A stretch of DNA of 63,679 bases, filler included, from Octopus bimaculoides (taxonomy: Eukaryota), in assembly GCF_001194135.2 (NCBI RefSeq). It is 5 parts of 4 records of this genome, joined end to end, with 100 filler letters (N's around TTAATTAATTAA, not from the genome) between each part and the next. Parts side by side here need not be neighbours in the genome. Positions count along the whole stretch, not along the records: positions 1 to 18,163 come from NC_068984.1; 4 more parts are not named here. One strand, given 5' to 3'. Shown here piece after piece: positions 1 through 12,027 of the stretch. The notes beneath the pieces were generated by a model. The model did no database searches. It was not told where the DNA came from and saw nothing but the letters and a program-made list of their open reading frames with translations. The position numbers and the translations under genes were made by a program. Each line of letters starts with the position of its first letter. Within the stretch, counting starts at the first letter, position 1.

Positions 1-42
<42 letters not shown>

Positions 43-298
43 TGAAGTCTGCAGTATCAAAGAAGAAATATTCTATAATTATTTACACCTAGAGGAGGTT
101 TCAAACTCATTTGATCCCCAATAAGCTTCAAGTATCATAGTACTGGACATGTACATAATACCAAACTAGAATTAAATTAGAAACCTTTATTTATAAACTA
201 TTTATAAACATTTTTGATCATAACCATGCACTACTGTTTTTTAGCTTGTGTTAATTGTCCAGGTTTAGCTCCCATACCAGTATTTGAGTAAGTATCAA

Positions 299-590
299 GA
301 GGATGCATGGCCTAGTGGCTAGGGTGTTGGGCTCACAATCTTGCATCCGTGGTTTCAATTCCTACGTCAGGTGAAGCTGTGTATTCTTGAGTAAAATACT
401 TCATTTCACGTTGCTTTGTGATCATTTCGGCACTTGATGTGTAGTACACTGTTGACCTGTTCAGGTAACGCCGATTTGATGAAGGAAGTAAGGTAATATA
501 CAGCACACACTCTTGATTACTACAAATGTATCAATTTACCAGGTCATTTGGCTAAAGATAAAAACTCATACATTGTCTTCAACAGGAGAG
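299..590 (+). mobile_element. tRNA-derived SINE, degenerate
   Basis: A-box-like TGGCCTAGTGG (308-318) and B-box-like GGTTTCAATTCC (351-362), then a TTCTTGAGTAAAATACTT core like the copy at 1133. Confidence 0.7.
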
Positions 591-1132
591 TGCATCATAA
601 TGGCTAAGAAGTTCTACTCTAAAATAATTCAATTGAGTTTATATTGTTTAGCCCCAGGTCAGCCCAAACTGTGACTAGCTTTTCTTTTTCTTGATCAGGT
701 ATTACATTACTATAATTCCATGCTTTTGGATTTGAGAAAATAGTTACTGTAATAGTCATTAAGAATCAGCTATAATTTCCTTAGAAAATATAGTAAGCAA
801 CATTTTGATTATGAATTTGTGTTGCAAAAAGTCGATCAGAAACAAGAGCAACATCATGATCATCATTATTATTATAATTATTTACCATCCATATTCCATG
901 TTGGCATGGGTTGGACAGTTTGACAGGATCCTGTGGGCCCAAGGAATGGCTTAATGCTCTTCCTAATGGCTGACCACTTTACAACATGCATGGGGTTCCT
1001 GAGAGAGGCAGCTTCAAGCTAGGAAGTGATAGGTTAAAATATTAGAAAAGGTGCCAGAACAGCCAAATGGGAGGACAAATAACCTCTAATAACTGAAATT
1101 TGGATATACAAGGATGGACATGGAGTTTTATA

Positions 1133-1455
1133 AAGGTGCATGGCTCTGTGGTTAGAGTGTCAGGCTCACAATCATGAGGTAGTGAGTTCGATTCCTGGAC
1201 TGGGCTGTGTTGTGTTCTTGAGCAAGACACTTCATTTCATGTTACTCCAGTTCACTCAGCTGTAGAAATGAGTCGCGGCATCACTGGTGCCAAGCTGTAT
1301 TGGCCTTTACCTTTCCCTTGGATAACACTGGTGGCATGGAGAAGGGAGGCTGGTATGCATGGGCGACTGCTGGTCTTCCTTAAACAACCTTGCCTAGACT
1401 TGTGCCTTGGAAGGGAACTTTCTAGGCGAAATTTCATGACTGAAGGGAATTTTAC
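1133..1455 (+). mobile_element. tRNA-derived SINE with CORE-like central domain
   Basis: TGGCTCTGTGG A box, GAGTTCGATTCC B box, TTCTTGAGCAAGACACTT...CACTCAGCTGTAGAAATGAGT central segment. Confidence 0.75.
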
Positions 1456-4056
1456 ATGGAGTTTTAAGCTTTGGCTCAATGTTGCACTGTCTCTGTGATG
1501 TAGCATTACTGATTATGTTATATGTGGTGCATGAGTCTGTATGTTTGTACTCTTGTTTTGACATCATGTGATGGTTGTAAATGAACATCACCATCATACA
1601 GGCATTGTTGTTTATTTCCAGTTTTCTGTGAAAATTTCAGGATACTTAAGACTGTTTTTGGAAATATTATGTTACTTGGAAACAGGTGAGTTTGGCAACA
1701 GAAAAGGCATCCAACTGTAGAAAATACCTCAACAAATTGCATCTGCTCCCTGCAAGCATGGAAAAGTGGATGCTAAATCATGAAGAATGATGTCAATATA
1801 TGTGTGTGTGTATATGTGACAGGGTTCGTTTAGTTTCCATTTACCAAATGAACTTGCATAGTTTTGAAAAACCCAGAGCTTATTTTGCAGCAGGATTGAT
1901 ACCAAAATCACATAGTTACATATTTCTGAAGCAAACTTCTTAACCATACAGCCATGTTAAGTAGGCACATATATATGTGTGTGTGTGTGTGGCCCTTTAA
2001 AGACATGTGAAACATGAAACCCCTACGAGTAAGGGTTAGGAAGAAGAAAGACACTTAGCTGTAAAACAATGCTTCAATAATATATTCATGTAACTCATGC
2101 TAGCATGGAAAAACAGATGTAAACCAAATGAATGAGTGAGATTTGTTCAAGCTTTACCATTCCAGTGATCAATCAAAAAACAACAAAGTTGCAGCCCCAA
2201 ACCAATGAGAGAGTTCCTATATAATGACCTGCCTTGGTAGAAACGGCAGCCAAATTTCCCTCTCACTTCAAAATATAATCTTAGAAAAGTAAATACATTG
2301 GATAATATAATCCACTACTTGAAGAAACAAAGCGAGACTCTCACAACTGATCTGGTGTTATACAACAATGACAACAACAACATTAAAGAGTTAATTCAAT
2401 AATATCCATCCTAAATGCACAAAAACTGTTGGAGGCCAACAATAAAATTGTTGGTTATCTGAGTAGTATACTATTTCAAATTCTTAATTCATCAGGAAGA
2501 CAGTGTCATCTTTGGAAATAATTTATAGTATATTATATATTTTGTTGTTAGTATTTCTTATAAAACTGTGCTCATTTGTGTGATTTGAAAAGAAAAGAAC
2601 CAAGTTTGACAGGTATGAAAAATCTAATTTTCTAGTGAGCAATAAAGTTGTTTATCTAATTTCCTTGTATGACTTTTGCAAATATATTTCATTGTAATAC
2701 ATTTTTGTAAAATTTTTGTTTATTTTTTAGAAATATCAACTAGTTGTACTAAAAGCAATAAAACAAAACACTCCACCGACCGCTAAACATACAAAGAAAC
2801 AGCAAAAAAAAAAAAAAACAACTTAGCCACAACAAGAAAAATTATCAAAACAATTTCTGAGAAAATGGCATAAACAAAGTGCACTAACTAAAACAAGAAA
2901 ATATATGAATAGAAGATAGGAGGAAAAATGATAAGAAAAAAAAAAAAAAAGTTTTATAAAAGTTAGTTGTTGTGAATAAATAAATAAATAATACACAAGA
3001 AGTTTGTGACTAACCCTCAGGCTAAGATGAGCAAACATCAAATACAATGGTGATAGACAATATTAAAATGTGAGATGCATCACTGCCACAACAAAAGATA
3101 ATCAATAAAATAAATTTTAAAAGAAAACAATGTTATTTGTACCTTTAACAAAAAAGCCATTTGTTGTAAATAGATATGCCGAGTTAAATGTTTTGTTAGG
3201 TGATATTTTTTCTTAGATGCAAAATACATAAATTAAGCTAGCATATTTTCTATCAGTGACAGCCCTCACTCTGTACATCATCTATTTCCAAACTATCTAA
3301 ATCATTTAAAGAGTGCTTTGTGTCAATAGGGATGAATTTAGCTGAGATATTTTCTGTCAGTGGCAGATCTTAGGCTGCACATTAACTAATTCCAAACTAT
3401 TTAAAAGCTTTCTCCTTTTTTCCTAAGTGTACACTATTGAAACAGCGTTAATTTAAAACAACCATCCATATATTGAATTTAATATATATACACTGTTGAG
3501 AGGCATGTTGCTGTAGAATTTTTGTCTGAGAGAAAATTGCTTCTTAGATGTACTGTTTGAAAAACACAAAGTCATTCTGGCAACAGCTAGTGATAATACT
3601 AGGTATATTTTGGCCTTCTTGCACTTTGTCGATAATGTGTATTCACTAGTCATCTGCCACAAGGAAATATCTCTCCTCTGGTGCTTAGGAAGTAGTGAAT
3701 AGTACAATTACTGATATTACATATAGCTGCTGGGATGAATAAAACACAGCATATCAATTGATTTCTCCAGTCATGCTTTGTATCATAAATAGGGAAGAGA
3801 GGAGAGAGTAAAAGTGAGATGCAGAAAGAATGAATACAAGAAGTGCAGAAGAAGGTCATGATTTTCTAAAGATTTACCACCACCCTTCCATTTTTTTCGT
3901 ATGAAATTTTGCAGAGATATTTTTTCAATGGGGTTGATTGTGATCATGTTGACAAAATTTAGAAAATCAATAACATACATTTATTGCAAATTTGTGTTAC
4001 TTAATTATATTTTAGAGTATTAAATATACTTCCTTTGAAAAATAATTAGTATTACT

Positions 4057-4190
4057 AGGCTCAAGTATAGCTGTGTGGATAAGAGGTTTATTTCCCAACC
4101 ACATGGTTTTGGGTTCAGTCACACTATGCATCACCTTAGGGAAGTATCTCCTACTATAGCTCTAGATATCTCCTACTATAGCTCTAGCTG
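4057..4190 (+). mobile_element. SINE family 2 head fragment
   Basis: Matches the head of the full copy at 20393; ends in a duplicated ATCTCCTACTATAGCTCTAG. Confidence 0.65.
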
Positions 4191-4214
4191 TCTCTGCTAT
4201 AAGATGCAGTAGAT

Positions 4215-4694
4215 TTAGTTGAGCGCCTGAATAACAACCTGTAGTATCATTGAAATTGCCAAAATGAATGAAGAAGTGGTACTCCTGCGTCCCAGACTGG
4301 TCAACAGAAGGAGGCCAATCATTCCTCATGACAATGCTCAACCACACATTTCCCTAATGATGCTCTCGAAGTTGAGAGAACATGGCAACAAAGTTCTTCC
4401 CCACCCAGCTTATTCCCCAGACCTTTCTCTGACCGACTACCACTTTTTCAAGCACTGTAATGGTTTCCTGCGAGAGAAGTTCAAAAATCAAACAGATACT
4501 GAATGTTTGTTCAAAGGGTTCATCAGCTCCAGAACTCCATATTTTTATGTTACGAGAATAAAGAAACTTGTAAATCATTGGCAAAAATGTGTTGATTGTA
4601 ATGGTACTTACTTTGATGAATAAAATTTCTGCATTGTTGAAATATATTGTGATGAATTTCATGTTTCAAAACATTGTTTACTTTTTACTCAGCT

Positions 4695-4697
<3 letters not shown>
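4215..4697 (+). mobile_element. mariner transposon remnant: transposase C-terminus and right TIR
   Basis: ORF 4264-4623 has HDNAQPH, HPAYSPDLSLTDY and WQKCVDCNGTYFD mariner motifs; degenerate TIR followed by TA repeat. Confidence 0.9.
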
Positions 4698-4739
<42 letters not shown>

Positions 4740-4759
4740 TGCACATATATTATTTTCCA

Positions 4760-5292
4760 TCAACAAATTCCACTCAAGGCACTGGTCAAGCCAAAGCTAT
4801 AAAACAAAATAACTTGCTCAGTGTGTCACTTAGAAGGAACCAACCTGGAATCACATACTTGTGAAGAAAACCTCTTAACTACATTGTTGTTGTTGTTGTT
4901 GTTGGCACTCCGTCGCTTATGACGTCGAGGGTTTCCAGTTGATCAACGGAACAGCCTGCTCGTGAAATTAACGTGCAAGTGGCTGAGCACTCCACAGACA
5001 CGTGTACCCTTAACATAGTTCTCGGGGATATTCAGTGTGATACAGTGTGACAAGGCTGACCCTTTGAATTACAGACACAACAGAAACAGGAAGTAAGAGA
5101 AAGTTGTGGTGAAAGAATACAGCAAGGTTCGCCACCATCCCCTGCCGGAGTATCGTGGAGCTTTTAGGTGTCTTCGCTCAATAAACACTCACAACGCCCA
5201 GTCTGGGAATTGAAACCGCGATCCTATGACCGCGAGTCCGCTGCCCTAACCACTGGGCCATTGCGCCTCCACTCTTAACCACATAGCCATGC
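4760..5292 (-). mobile_element. Older family 2 SINE head, interrupted by a younger SINE
   Basis: Reverse-complement match to family 2 head at 4760-4884, continuing at 5272-5292. Confidence 0.65.
4885..5271 (-). mobile_element. Young full-length tRNA-derived SINE (family 3) with (CAA)n tail and 13-bp TSD
   Basis: Minus-strand head TGGAGGCGCAATGGCCCAGTGGTTAGGG...GGTTTCAATTCC; TSD CTCTTAACTACAT (4872-4884) / CTCTTAACCACAT (5272-5284). Confidence 0.9.
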
Positions 5293-5836
5293 TTTAACTA
5301 ATACCCCACACAAATTCAAATGATAGGCGTAAAGTATACAACACTAAAAATAGCTTAATCAAACATGAACGTGTGGTAAAGTAACAAAGAAAATAAAAAC
5401 CACAAAAATTATTACAAAGTAGCAGGAAATAATAGAAGTACAGGCTTAACATTTCTTTTACAGTTTTTCTTACAAAAGTAAAACACAAAACGCGTACAGT
5501 TTGCAAATGATCTTGCTATCAAGTTGTGTTTCCATTTGACTGAATGCAAGATAGACATATTGGCATGTGTCATTTAAGATAGAGAGATCTAGATGTTTTT
5601 TGCTTTTTTTAATTTATTTCTTAATGTATTTTAATCTCCATAAATAAATAAATGAAATAAAACATACACTGAATGCAATATTCCAACATGGCTTTAGCCA
5701 TGATGGCTAATACAAGATAAAGAATAAAGAACTGCTTTAATATGAATCTGACATCTTTTTTTTAACCAAGTCTATATACTGAAATGCATGCATGAAATAA
5801 TGGCCCAAACTTCTTGTTCTTGTTCTTCTTATTGTT

Positions 5837-6430
5837 AAGGTGGTGAGCTGGCAGATTCATTAGCATGCCAGGTAAAGTGCTTAGCAGTATTTCGTCCATC
5901 TTTACGTTCTGAGTTCAAATTCTGCCAAGGTTGACTTTGCTTTTCATCCTTTTGGGGGTCGATAAATCAAGTACCAGTGAAACACTAGTATCAATCTAAT
6001 TGACTGGTTCCCTCCCCTAAAATTTCAGGCCTTGTGCCTTTAGTAGAAAGAATTACTATTATTATTGTTATTAAGTTGGCGAACTGGCAGAATCATTAGT
6101 ACACCAGATGAAACGCTTAGCAGTGTTTTATGTTTTTACACTCTGAATTCAAATTCCAGCAAAGTCAACTTTTCCTTTCCTCCTTCTGGGGTTGAAGACA
6201 TAAATACTAATTATGCACTGCGGTTTATGTAATTTACAATGCTCTCCTCCAAATTTCAGGCCTTGTGCCCATAGTAGGAAGGACTATTATTCTTATTAAA
6301 GCGTGAAGTCTACAGAATTGTTATAGAATTGCAAAAATGCTTTGCAGCCTTTCTTTTGGGTCTTTACTTTTTGAGTTCACATCCTACTGGGGTTAACTCC
6401 GCCTTTCATATTTCTGGGGTAGACAAAATA
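5837..6430 (+). mobile_element. Three tandem, CpG-decayed family 1 SINE copies
   Basis: Repeated AAGGTGGTGAGCTGGCAGA...GAGTTCAAATTC...CTTTCATCCTT...GGGGT units at ~5837, ~6073 and ~6297. Confidence 0.85.
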
Positions 6431-6604
6431 CTTACAATTTTTTTTTTTTTTTACCAAAAAGGCTTCTCCCATGGTTTTTAATTTAAAAAAGAAAATGGCC
6501 AAAATCAGTCCAGATAATCCCAGATGGTCAAGCTTTTAATAATTGCTTTCTTTCAGTACTTTTAGCAACTGTTACACACCTAGTTAATAAGCAGCTTTTT
6601 CCAT

Positions 6605-6880
6605 TATAATATAGTTAACCGAAAATGTTATTACTTTTTTGTGGCAGTCACATGTAATTTCAACAATATTTTGTTATTTGTAGAAAGTCAAACAACTGTT
6701 AAAAGTTCACTCATCAGTCTTTGCTATTGTTAATTTTATTTGAAATCTCTCTTCAACATGATTTATTAAATATAATAAATGTCTTAACATTCGATTTTCT
6801 ATCTCCGATAACTTTGTTCCTGTTTTTACATATAACTGAATATTTATTTTTTAATATAGTAGGCATAAATAATAATAATA
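6605..6880 (+). repeat. Outer inverted-repeat arm A (partner 9575-9865)
   Basis: Direct reverse-complement alignment, e.g. TTATTTGAAATCTCTCTTCAACATGATTTATTAAATATAATAAATGTCTTAA. Confidence 0.9.
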
Positions 6881-6915
6881 ATAATAATAATAATGATAAT
6901 AATAATAATAATAAT

Positions 6916-7123
6916 TTCTACTATAAGCACAAGGCCTGAAATTTTGAGGGAGGGGGCCAGTCGATTAGATCGACCCCAGTATGCAACTGGTACTTAATTT
7001 ATTGACCCTGAAAGGAGGAAAGGCAAAGCAACCACGGTGGAATTTGAACTCAGAATGTAAAGACATGAAATACCGCTAAGCATTTCGCCCGGCATGCGAA
7101 TGACTTTGTCAGCTCACCGCGTT
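6916..7123 (-). mobile_element. Family 1 SINE with (ATT)n tail
   Basis: Reverse complement of the family 1 head, core and tail; (AAT)n at 6868-6914. Confidence 0.85.
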
Positions 7124-7129
7124 ATAATA

Positions 7130-8460
7130 ATAATATTGTTTTGCAAATATCTTGCACATGCAAGTGCTACCAGTTGAGAACTCTGCATATCAGAAGCCAG
7201 CAAGTGTATGGGGTCATCAGGAGAGAATGTGTGCCGTTTTGGGGCCTACCTCTCGATGGCATCAATGTGCACTGGCCCCTCCTCACTGATATGAGGCCCT
7301 GCTTGCTAGATCAACTGGTTATTAAATAAAGCTCAATATTCTTCTAGCCATCACCCATCGTCTCTTTTTAACCAAATCCAATGGTTAGCCTTTTCCACTA
7401 TAGTTTGGATATCGGTCATGGTGGTATTTACTTTACAATGAGTTAGGCCTAATGATAACAACAGTCGTCTCACACTGTGTCCAACAAACCCTCTACATCC
7501 GACTTAGATTGGAAAATGCTCTGCTTTACAGCCTGCATCTTCACATCCTTTGAGGAGGTTTACATAATGGTCAATCTTTCGAGCCCGAGCGTCATCCATG
7601 TTATCTTCATGAGGAACCGTTAACTTGACTAGATTCACAACTTTCTTTCCTTCACACCACATTAAAATGTCCGCTTTTTTTGTAAATGGGAAGGGAAAGA
7701 GTCCTTGGCACCCTGGTAAATCTGCAGTCACCGCCCAATAACAGTTCCCCTTTTCATCGCTCACAGGAAGTTTCTTGTTCTTTTTGAAATGGATCCGCTG
7801 TCCTGAGTGCATGGAGGTAATGAAATCTCTAGTTGGTACTTTCAACGGGTTTTTTCTCTGTTGTTGAGATCAATTTGGTTTCAAGAAACCTTAAGGACCA
7901 GGTTGTGTCTCCATGTATACCTGTTCAATGCTAAGGAACAGTTGGAAAGAATATGTTTCAGTGTTCCGACCTTTGTGCGTTTGCTTATATCATTCTCTGA
8001 GACGTTCCATCTTACTAGATTTGCAGGTGATGGCAAGACATCATAGGATAAACAAATCAGAAAACTTAGCCGAGATGTGGTCCACCTCCATATCTCATCC
8101 CAGCTTTTTTTTCTCTCAACAACATGTTCTTCCCATCTCATCATCTGTCCTTCTTGAATACATTGGATCAAATGAAGCTCTTTTCTCTTTGCTTCCTTCA
8201 TTTTGACGCTGTTGCTAACAACAGATTTGCGCTCACTCCGCATCATATTTGCAAACGGTCTGAACTGATCTGCGCCAAAACCAAGTCCCTTCCGATGATT
8301 TTGTGTTGCACCCACCATATCTCGGTGTGTAAGAGAAGATAAGATGTCATCAGTCTCTGTTTCTGCTTTCCACTTCCGAGCTGTTTTCATGTCTGGTGGA
8401 TTACACCTGATTTCCATGTCCTTCGACTCTCTCAGCATCATCACCAATTGTACCATTCCC
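7130..8460 (-). mobile_element. 5'-truncated, frameshifted R2-group (RLE-type, HERO-like) non-LTR retrotransposon
   Basis: ORFs 7881-8456 and 7504-7845: KTARKWKAE, RLSFLICLSYDVLPSPANL, HILSNC...RYTWRHNLVL zinc knuckle, ADIL...VKLTVPHED degenerate PD-(D/E)xK nuclease, continuing VGCRGFV...NHWIWLKR. Confidence 0.85.
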
Positions 8461-8804
8461 AGTTATTATGTACATGCTTTGTCTTGGTGTTAAAGATGGG
8501 CTATAGCAAATATTCTGCTCAACACTACGAATTTGCTTGTCAGTTGTTTGATCTTCACCAATTAAGCATGTCCCTTGGTGGCTGGCGATATGTGCATCTC
8601 TGATCATGAAATAGTGGGGAAGCATCATAGCCATGTGTGGAGAGGAATTCTTTGGGTTTTGAATAATTCATCTCTGGAAGCATGAGCATTTCATTCAACA
8701 TCCTTAAGCAACCCTTATTCAGGGACCTTTTAAACAGGATGGGCTACTTGACCTGAAAAAAATTCTAACTGGGCCCCACCTGCAAGGTCATGCACTGTTT
8801 ATCT
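8461..8804 (+). repeat. Inner inverted-repeat arm B (partner 9209-9564)
   Basis: Reverse-complement alignment, e.g. CCCTTATTCAGGGACCTTTTAAACAGGATGGGCTACTTGACCTGAA. Confidence 0.9.
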
Positions 8805-8828
8805 ATTATTATTATTATTATTATTATT

Positions 8829-9063
8829 GCAGCAAGCTGGCAGAATCATTAACACATTGGACAAAATGTCTAGTGGTATTTTATCAGTCTTCACATTCTG
8901 AGTTCAAACGCTACCAGGATGGACTTTGCCTTCCATCCTAGTAGAGTTGATAAAATAAGTACCAATTGAGCACCAAGGTAGATCTAAGTGACTTACTTTC
9001 TCCCCTGAAATTGTTTGTCTTGTGCCAAAATTTGAAATCATTATTTATTATTATTATTATTAT
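8829..9063 (+). mobile_element. Family 1 SINE, degenerate
   Basis: GCAAGCTGGCAGAATCATTA head, GAGTTCAAA B box, (ATT)n tail. Confidence 0.8.
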
Positions 9064-9064
9064 G

Positions 9065-9564
9065 TTAGAGAGCAGCGCATGTCATCAAAGTGACATTGGA
9101 GTACAAATATATGGAGCCCAATATAGCCATCATGACAACTTGTCTGATAAGGGTACACAAGGCACATGCATCACAACCATATATGTGCGAATTGGTAATC
9201 TTATATCAAAATAAACAGCACATGACCTTGCAGATGGGGCCCAGTTAGAATTTTCTTCAGGTCAAGTAGCCCATCCTGTTTAAAAGGTCCCTGAATAAGG
9301 GCTGTTTAGGGATGTTGAATGAAAGACTCATGTTTCCAGAGATGAAGTATTCAAACCCCAAAGAATTCAAGAATTCTTCTCCACACATGGCTATGATACT
9401 TCCCCTCTATTTCTGCTCATGATCAGAGATGTACATATTGCTAACCACCAAGGGACATGCTCAACTGGTTAAGATCAAACAACTGACAAACAAATCTGTG
9501 GTGTCAAGCAGAATATTTGCAGTAGCCCATCTTTTACATCAACACAAAACTTATACATGATAAC
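9065..9564 (-). repeat. Interspersed repeat containing arm B'
   Basis: 9209-9564 is the reverse complement of 8461-8804. Confidence 0.8.
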
Positions 9565-9574
9565 ACTTCCATAT

Positions 9575-9865
9575 TATTATTATTATCATCATTTACGCCT
9601 ACTATAATAAAAAATAAAAATTCAGTTATATGTAAAAGAGGAACAAAGTCGTTGAACATATTTGTTGGAGACAGAAAACAGAATTTTAAGACATTTATTA
9701 TATTTAATAAATCATGTTGAAGAGAAATTTCAAATAAAATTAACAATAGCGAAGACTGATGAGTGAACTTTTAACAGTTGTTTAACTTTCTACAAATAAC
9801 AAAATATTCTTGAAATTACATGCGACTGCCACAAAAGAGTAGACACATTTCAGTTACATATAAGA
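9575..9865 (-). repeat. Outer inverted-repeat arm A'
   Basis: Reverse complement of 6605-6880; directly abuts arm B'. Confidence 0.9.
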
Positions 9866-9917
9866 ATGATGAAATATATATAAAGTTCAGAGAGCTTTTA
9901 CTTCTTTTGGCAACAGA

Positions 9918-9956
<39 letters not shown>

Positions 9957-9964
9957 CCTCTCTG

Positions 9965-10306
9965 AGTGAAAGGTGGAGTGTATCATGTATGTGTATGAAT
10001 TACAATGCTACATGGTTGCAAGACATAAGCCCTGAATGCAGAGGAGATGTAAAGATTAGGAAGGAATGAAGCTGGTATGCTCTGCTGGATGTGCAATGTC
10101 AGTGTACATGTGCAACAGAGTGCTAGTGCATTGAGAATACAGTTAAGCATAACTGGAATTAGATGCAGTGTACAAGAGAGAAGACTGAGACTGGTCTGGT
10201 TTTGTTATGTGATGCATGTGAATAAGGACAGTTGCATAAAAAGGTGTTGATCACTTAAAGTGGATGGAAGTTGTGGAGTAGATCCAGGAAGACATGGGAT
10301 GAAGTG
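9965..10306 (+). mobile_element. RTE-clade LINE 3' fragment (pseudogenised RT C-terminus)
   Basis: With stops, translates as RLGRNEAGMLCWMCNVSV...GIRCSVQERRLR...RKTWDEV, typical of the RTE C-terminus. Confidence 0.8.
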
Positions 10307-10739
10307 TGCTGCCCTCCATCACCATCTCTTCACTCACCAGCAATTATTCTCAATACTCACACATATCTATTGCAACCCGTATTCCTGAGCCTCTCCTATA
10401 TTTCACTCCATCATTTGTTAGTCACCTCACCCTGCCCACTCACCCATCCCAAGTCTCTATATTGCCTCACCTATTATCATCCCCAATGTCCCTCAAGGGC
10501 ATGTCCCGACACATCAATGCCATCATCTCTTCCACTATCACCCCCTTCAACTTACTCTCCAACTCATCTTTGTTTTCCAACTGGGGTATCCATGCATCTA
10601 CTCTACAGCAAGACACTTATATCTGTTCCCTTCTATACCTTAAATTTTTCAACTGGCACAAAGCCTCACCTCCTCAATACTGCTCCTTGCCTCCCAGTTG
10701 AAGGGTTCTTGTCTCACAGGGTACTTCCTGATCCTGTGG

Positions 10740-10895
10740 GTGCTGTGCCACATAAAAAGCACTGGCGCTGGTGCCAGATGAAAAGCATGGTTGATGGTGC
10801 TACATAAAAATTACAGGTGATGGTTCTGCATCAAAAAGCATTTGTGATGCTTCCACATAACACACACTGGTGTGGGTGCCATGTAAAAATGCACC
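10740..10895 (+). repeat. Degenerate ~27-30 bp tandem array
   Basis: About six units resembling GGTGCCACATAAAAAGCACT. Confidence 0.7.
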
Positions 10896-10954
10896 CAGTA
10901 CTCTCTATAAAGTGGTTGGTGTTAAGAATATGGTGGGTGGGGCATTGTTTCTCA

Positions 10955-11230
10955 TTCAAACTGTTCTAGTCTTTGGAATGTCATCCTGAAGGAAGAACAC
11001 CTTTCGTCTTGAAACCAAAGGTGGTCATTTTTCTTCTAGTGCTGACTTAAGCAACTCAAGCTGCTCGTAGTAGATCTCTTTTGTTATGTAGTTTGGGTTT
11101 AAAAGTTCGAAGTGGACTAAACCTTTCCTATCCCACCAAACAGATAACAACACTGTACATGGTGCTGTTATTTGGTTATCCAATTCATTACACTGTCCAT
11201 GTTTGTTCATTTGAATTCCCCCATGACATT
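10955..11230 (-). mobile_element. mariner transposase internal fragment
   Basis: VLLSVWWDRKGLVHFELL...YYEQLELLKSALEEK, then RRKVFFLQDD. Confidence 0.85.
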
Positions 11231-11490
11231 CAAAAATGAACGCAAAATAAGTAACTATAGTTTAAAATTTAATAACATGCCAGTGTTTCTCCTTTCCCTA
11301 CCCACTGTCTTCGACTCATGACATTTTTATAGACAACCCATTTCTCATCACCAGTCACTATTCGGTCTAAAAGTGGTTCATTTTTTGAGCTGTACAGATC
11401 TTCCAGGATGAGGCTCACTTTCTAGTTTCTGGCTTGAACTAAATTAAAAACCTTCTGTCATAATTTCCTTTTCAACTTCTGTTCTAACCA

Positions 11491-11750
11491 CCAGCTTAAT
11501 AACAAAATAATTTTACTAAATTCTTCATTATTTTCTAAATTACTTCAAATAAATTCAGTGTACTTAAACAAAAATATGGTAACAAAGAGGCCTAAATGGT
11601 CTAAATTAAAACTTTCCATCAAAATTTCTGTTAACTAACATTCAAAATACCAGATTAATAATGTTATTTTATTAAATTCTTAATTATTTTCAAAATTAAT
11701 TGAAACAAACGCTGTGTATTTCAATAGAAATATGGCAACAAAGGTGTTAA
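11491..11750 (+). repeat. ~100 bp AT-rich direct repeat, period ~159 bp
   Basis: TTTTACTAAATTCTTCATTATTTTC...AATATGGTAACAAAG occurs at 11491-11595 and, diverged, at 11650-11750. Confidence 0.7.
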
Positions 11751-12027
11751 TTTTGAAAGATCACACTGGTTTTGTCATATAGTTTATGAAATTGCTATCA
11801 GTAATATATTTACTCTGAAAATGAAAATTTTCATTCACCAGCTTTACAAAGCATTCTTTATTCTTGAAGGTATATTCTAATGATATCTGAAAATACCTCT
11901 TCTTTTTCTCTGATTCTGTCACTTCATGCTAGTTCCCACTCATTTCTTCCTACAGCCATAACTCTTTGGAATTTCCTTCTTGCTAACATTTTTCCATGCA
12001 GGAAAATAAATTTAATCTAATTAATTC

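Noticed and set aside
1042-1506. Short ORFs overlapping the SINE at 1133
   Set aside because: Incidental frames within a non-coding SINE.
2731-3120. Possible terminal exon after TTTTTTAG with a UTR-like A-rich tail
   Set aside because: Only short frames (EISTSCTKSNKTKHSTDR* or KYQLVV...NNF*) with no recognisable domain; cannot be supported without transcripts.
9756-9790. CTGATGA in arm A' (also at 35518 and 61593)
   Set aside because: No stem II and GAAA follow; chance 7-mers.
10740-10895. Possible CRISPR-like array (also considered for 57110-57320)
   Set aside because: Units are degenerate and contiguous, with no unique spacers and no cas genes, in a eukaryotic context.
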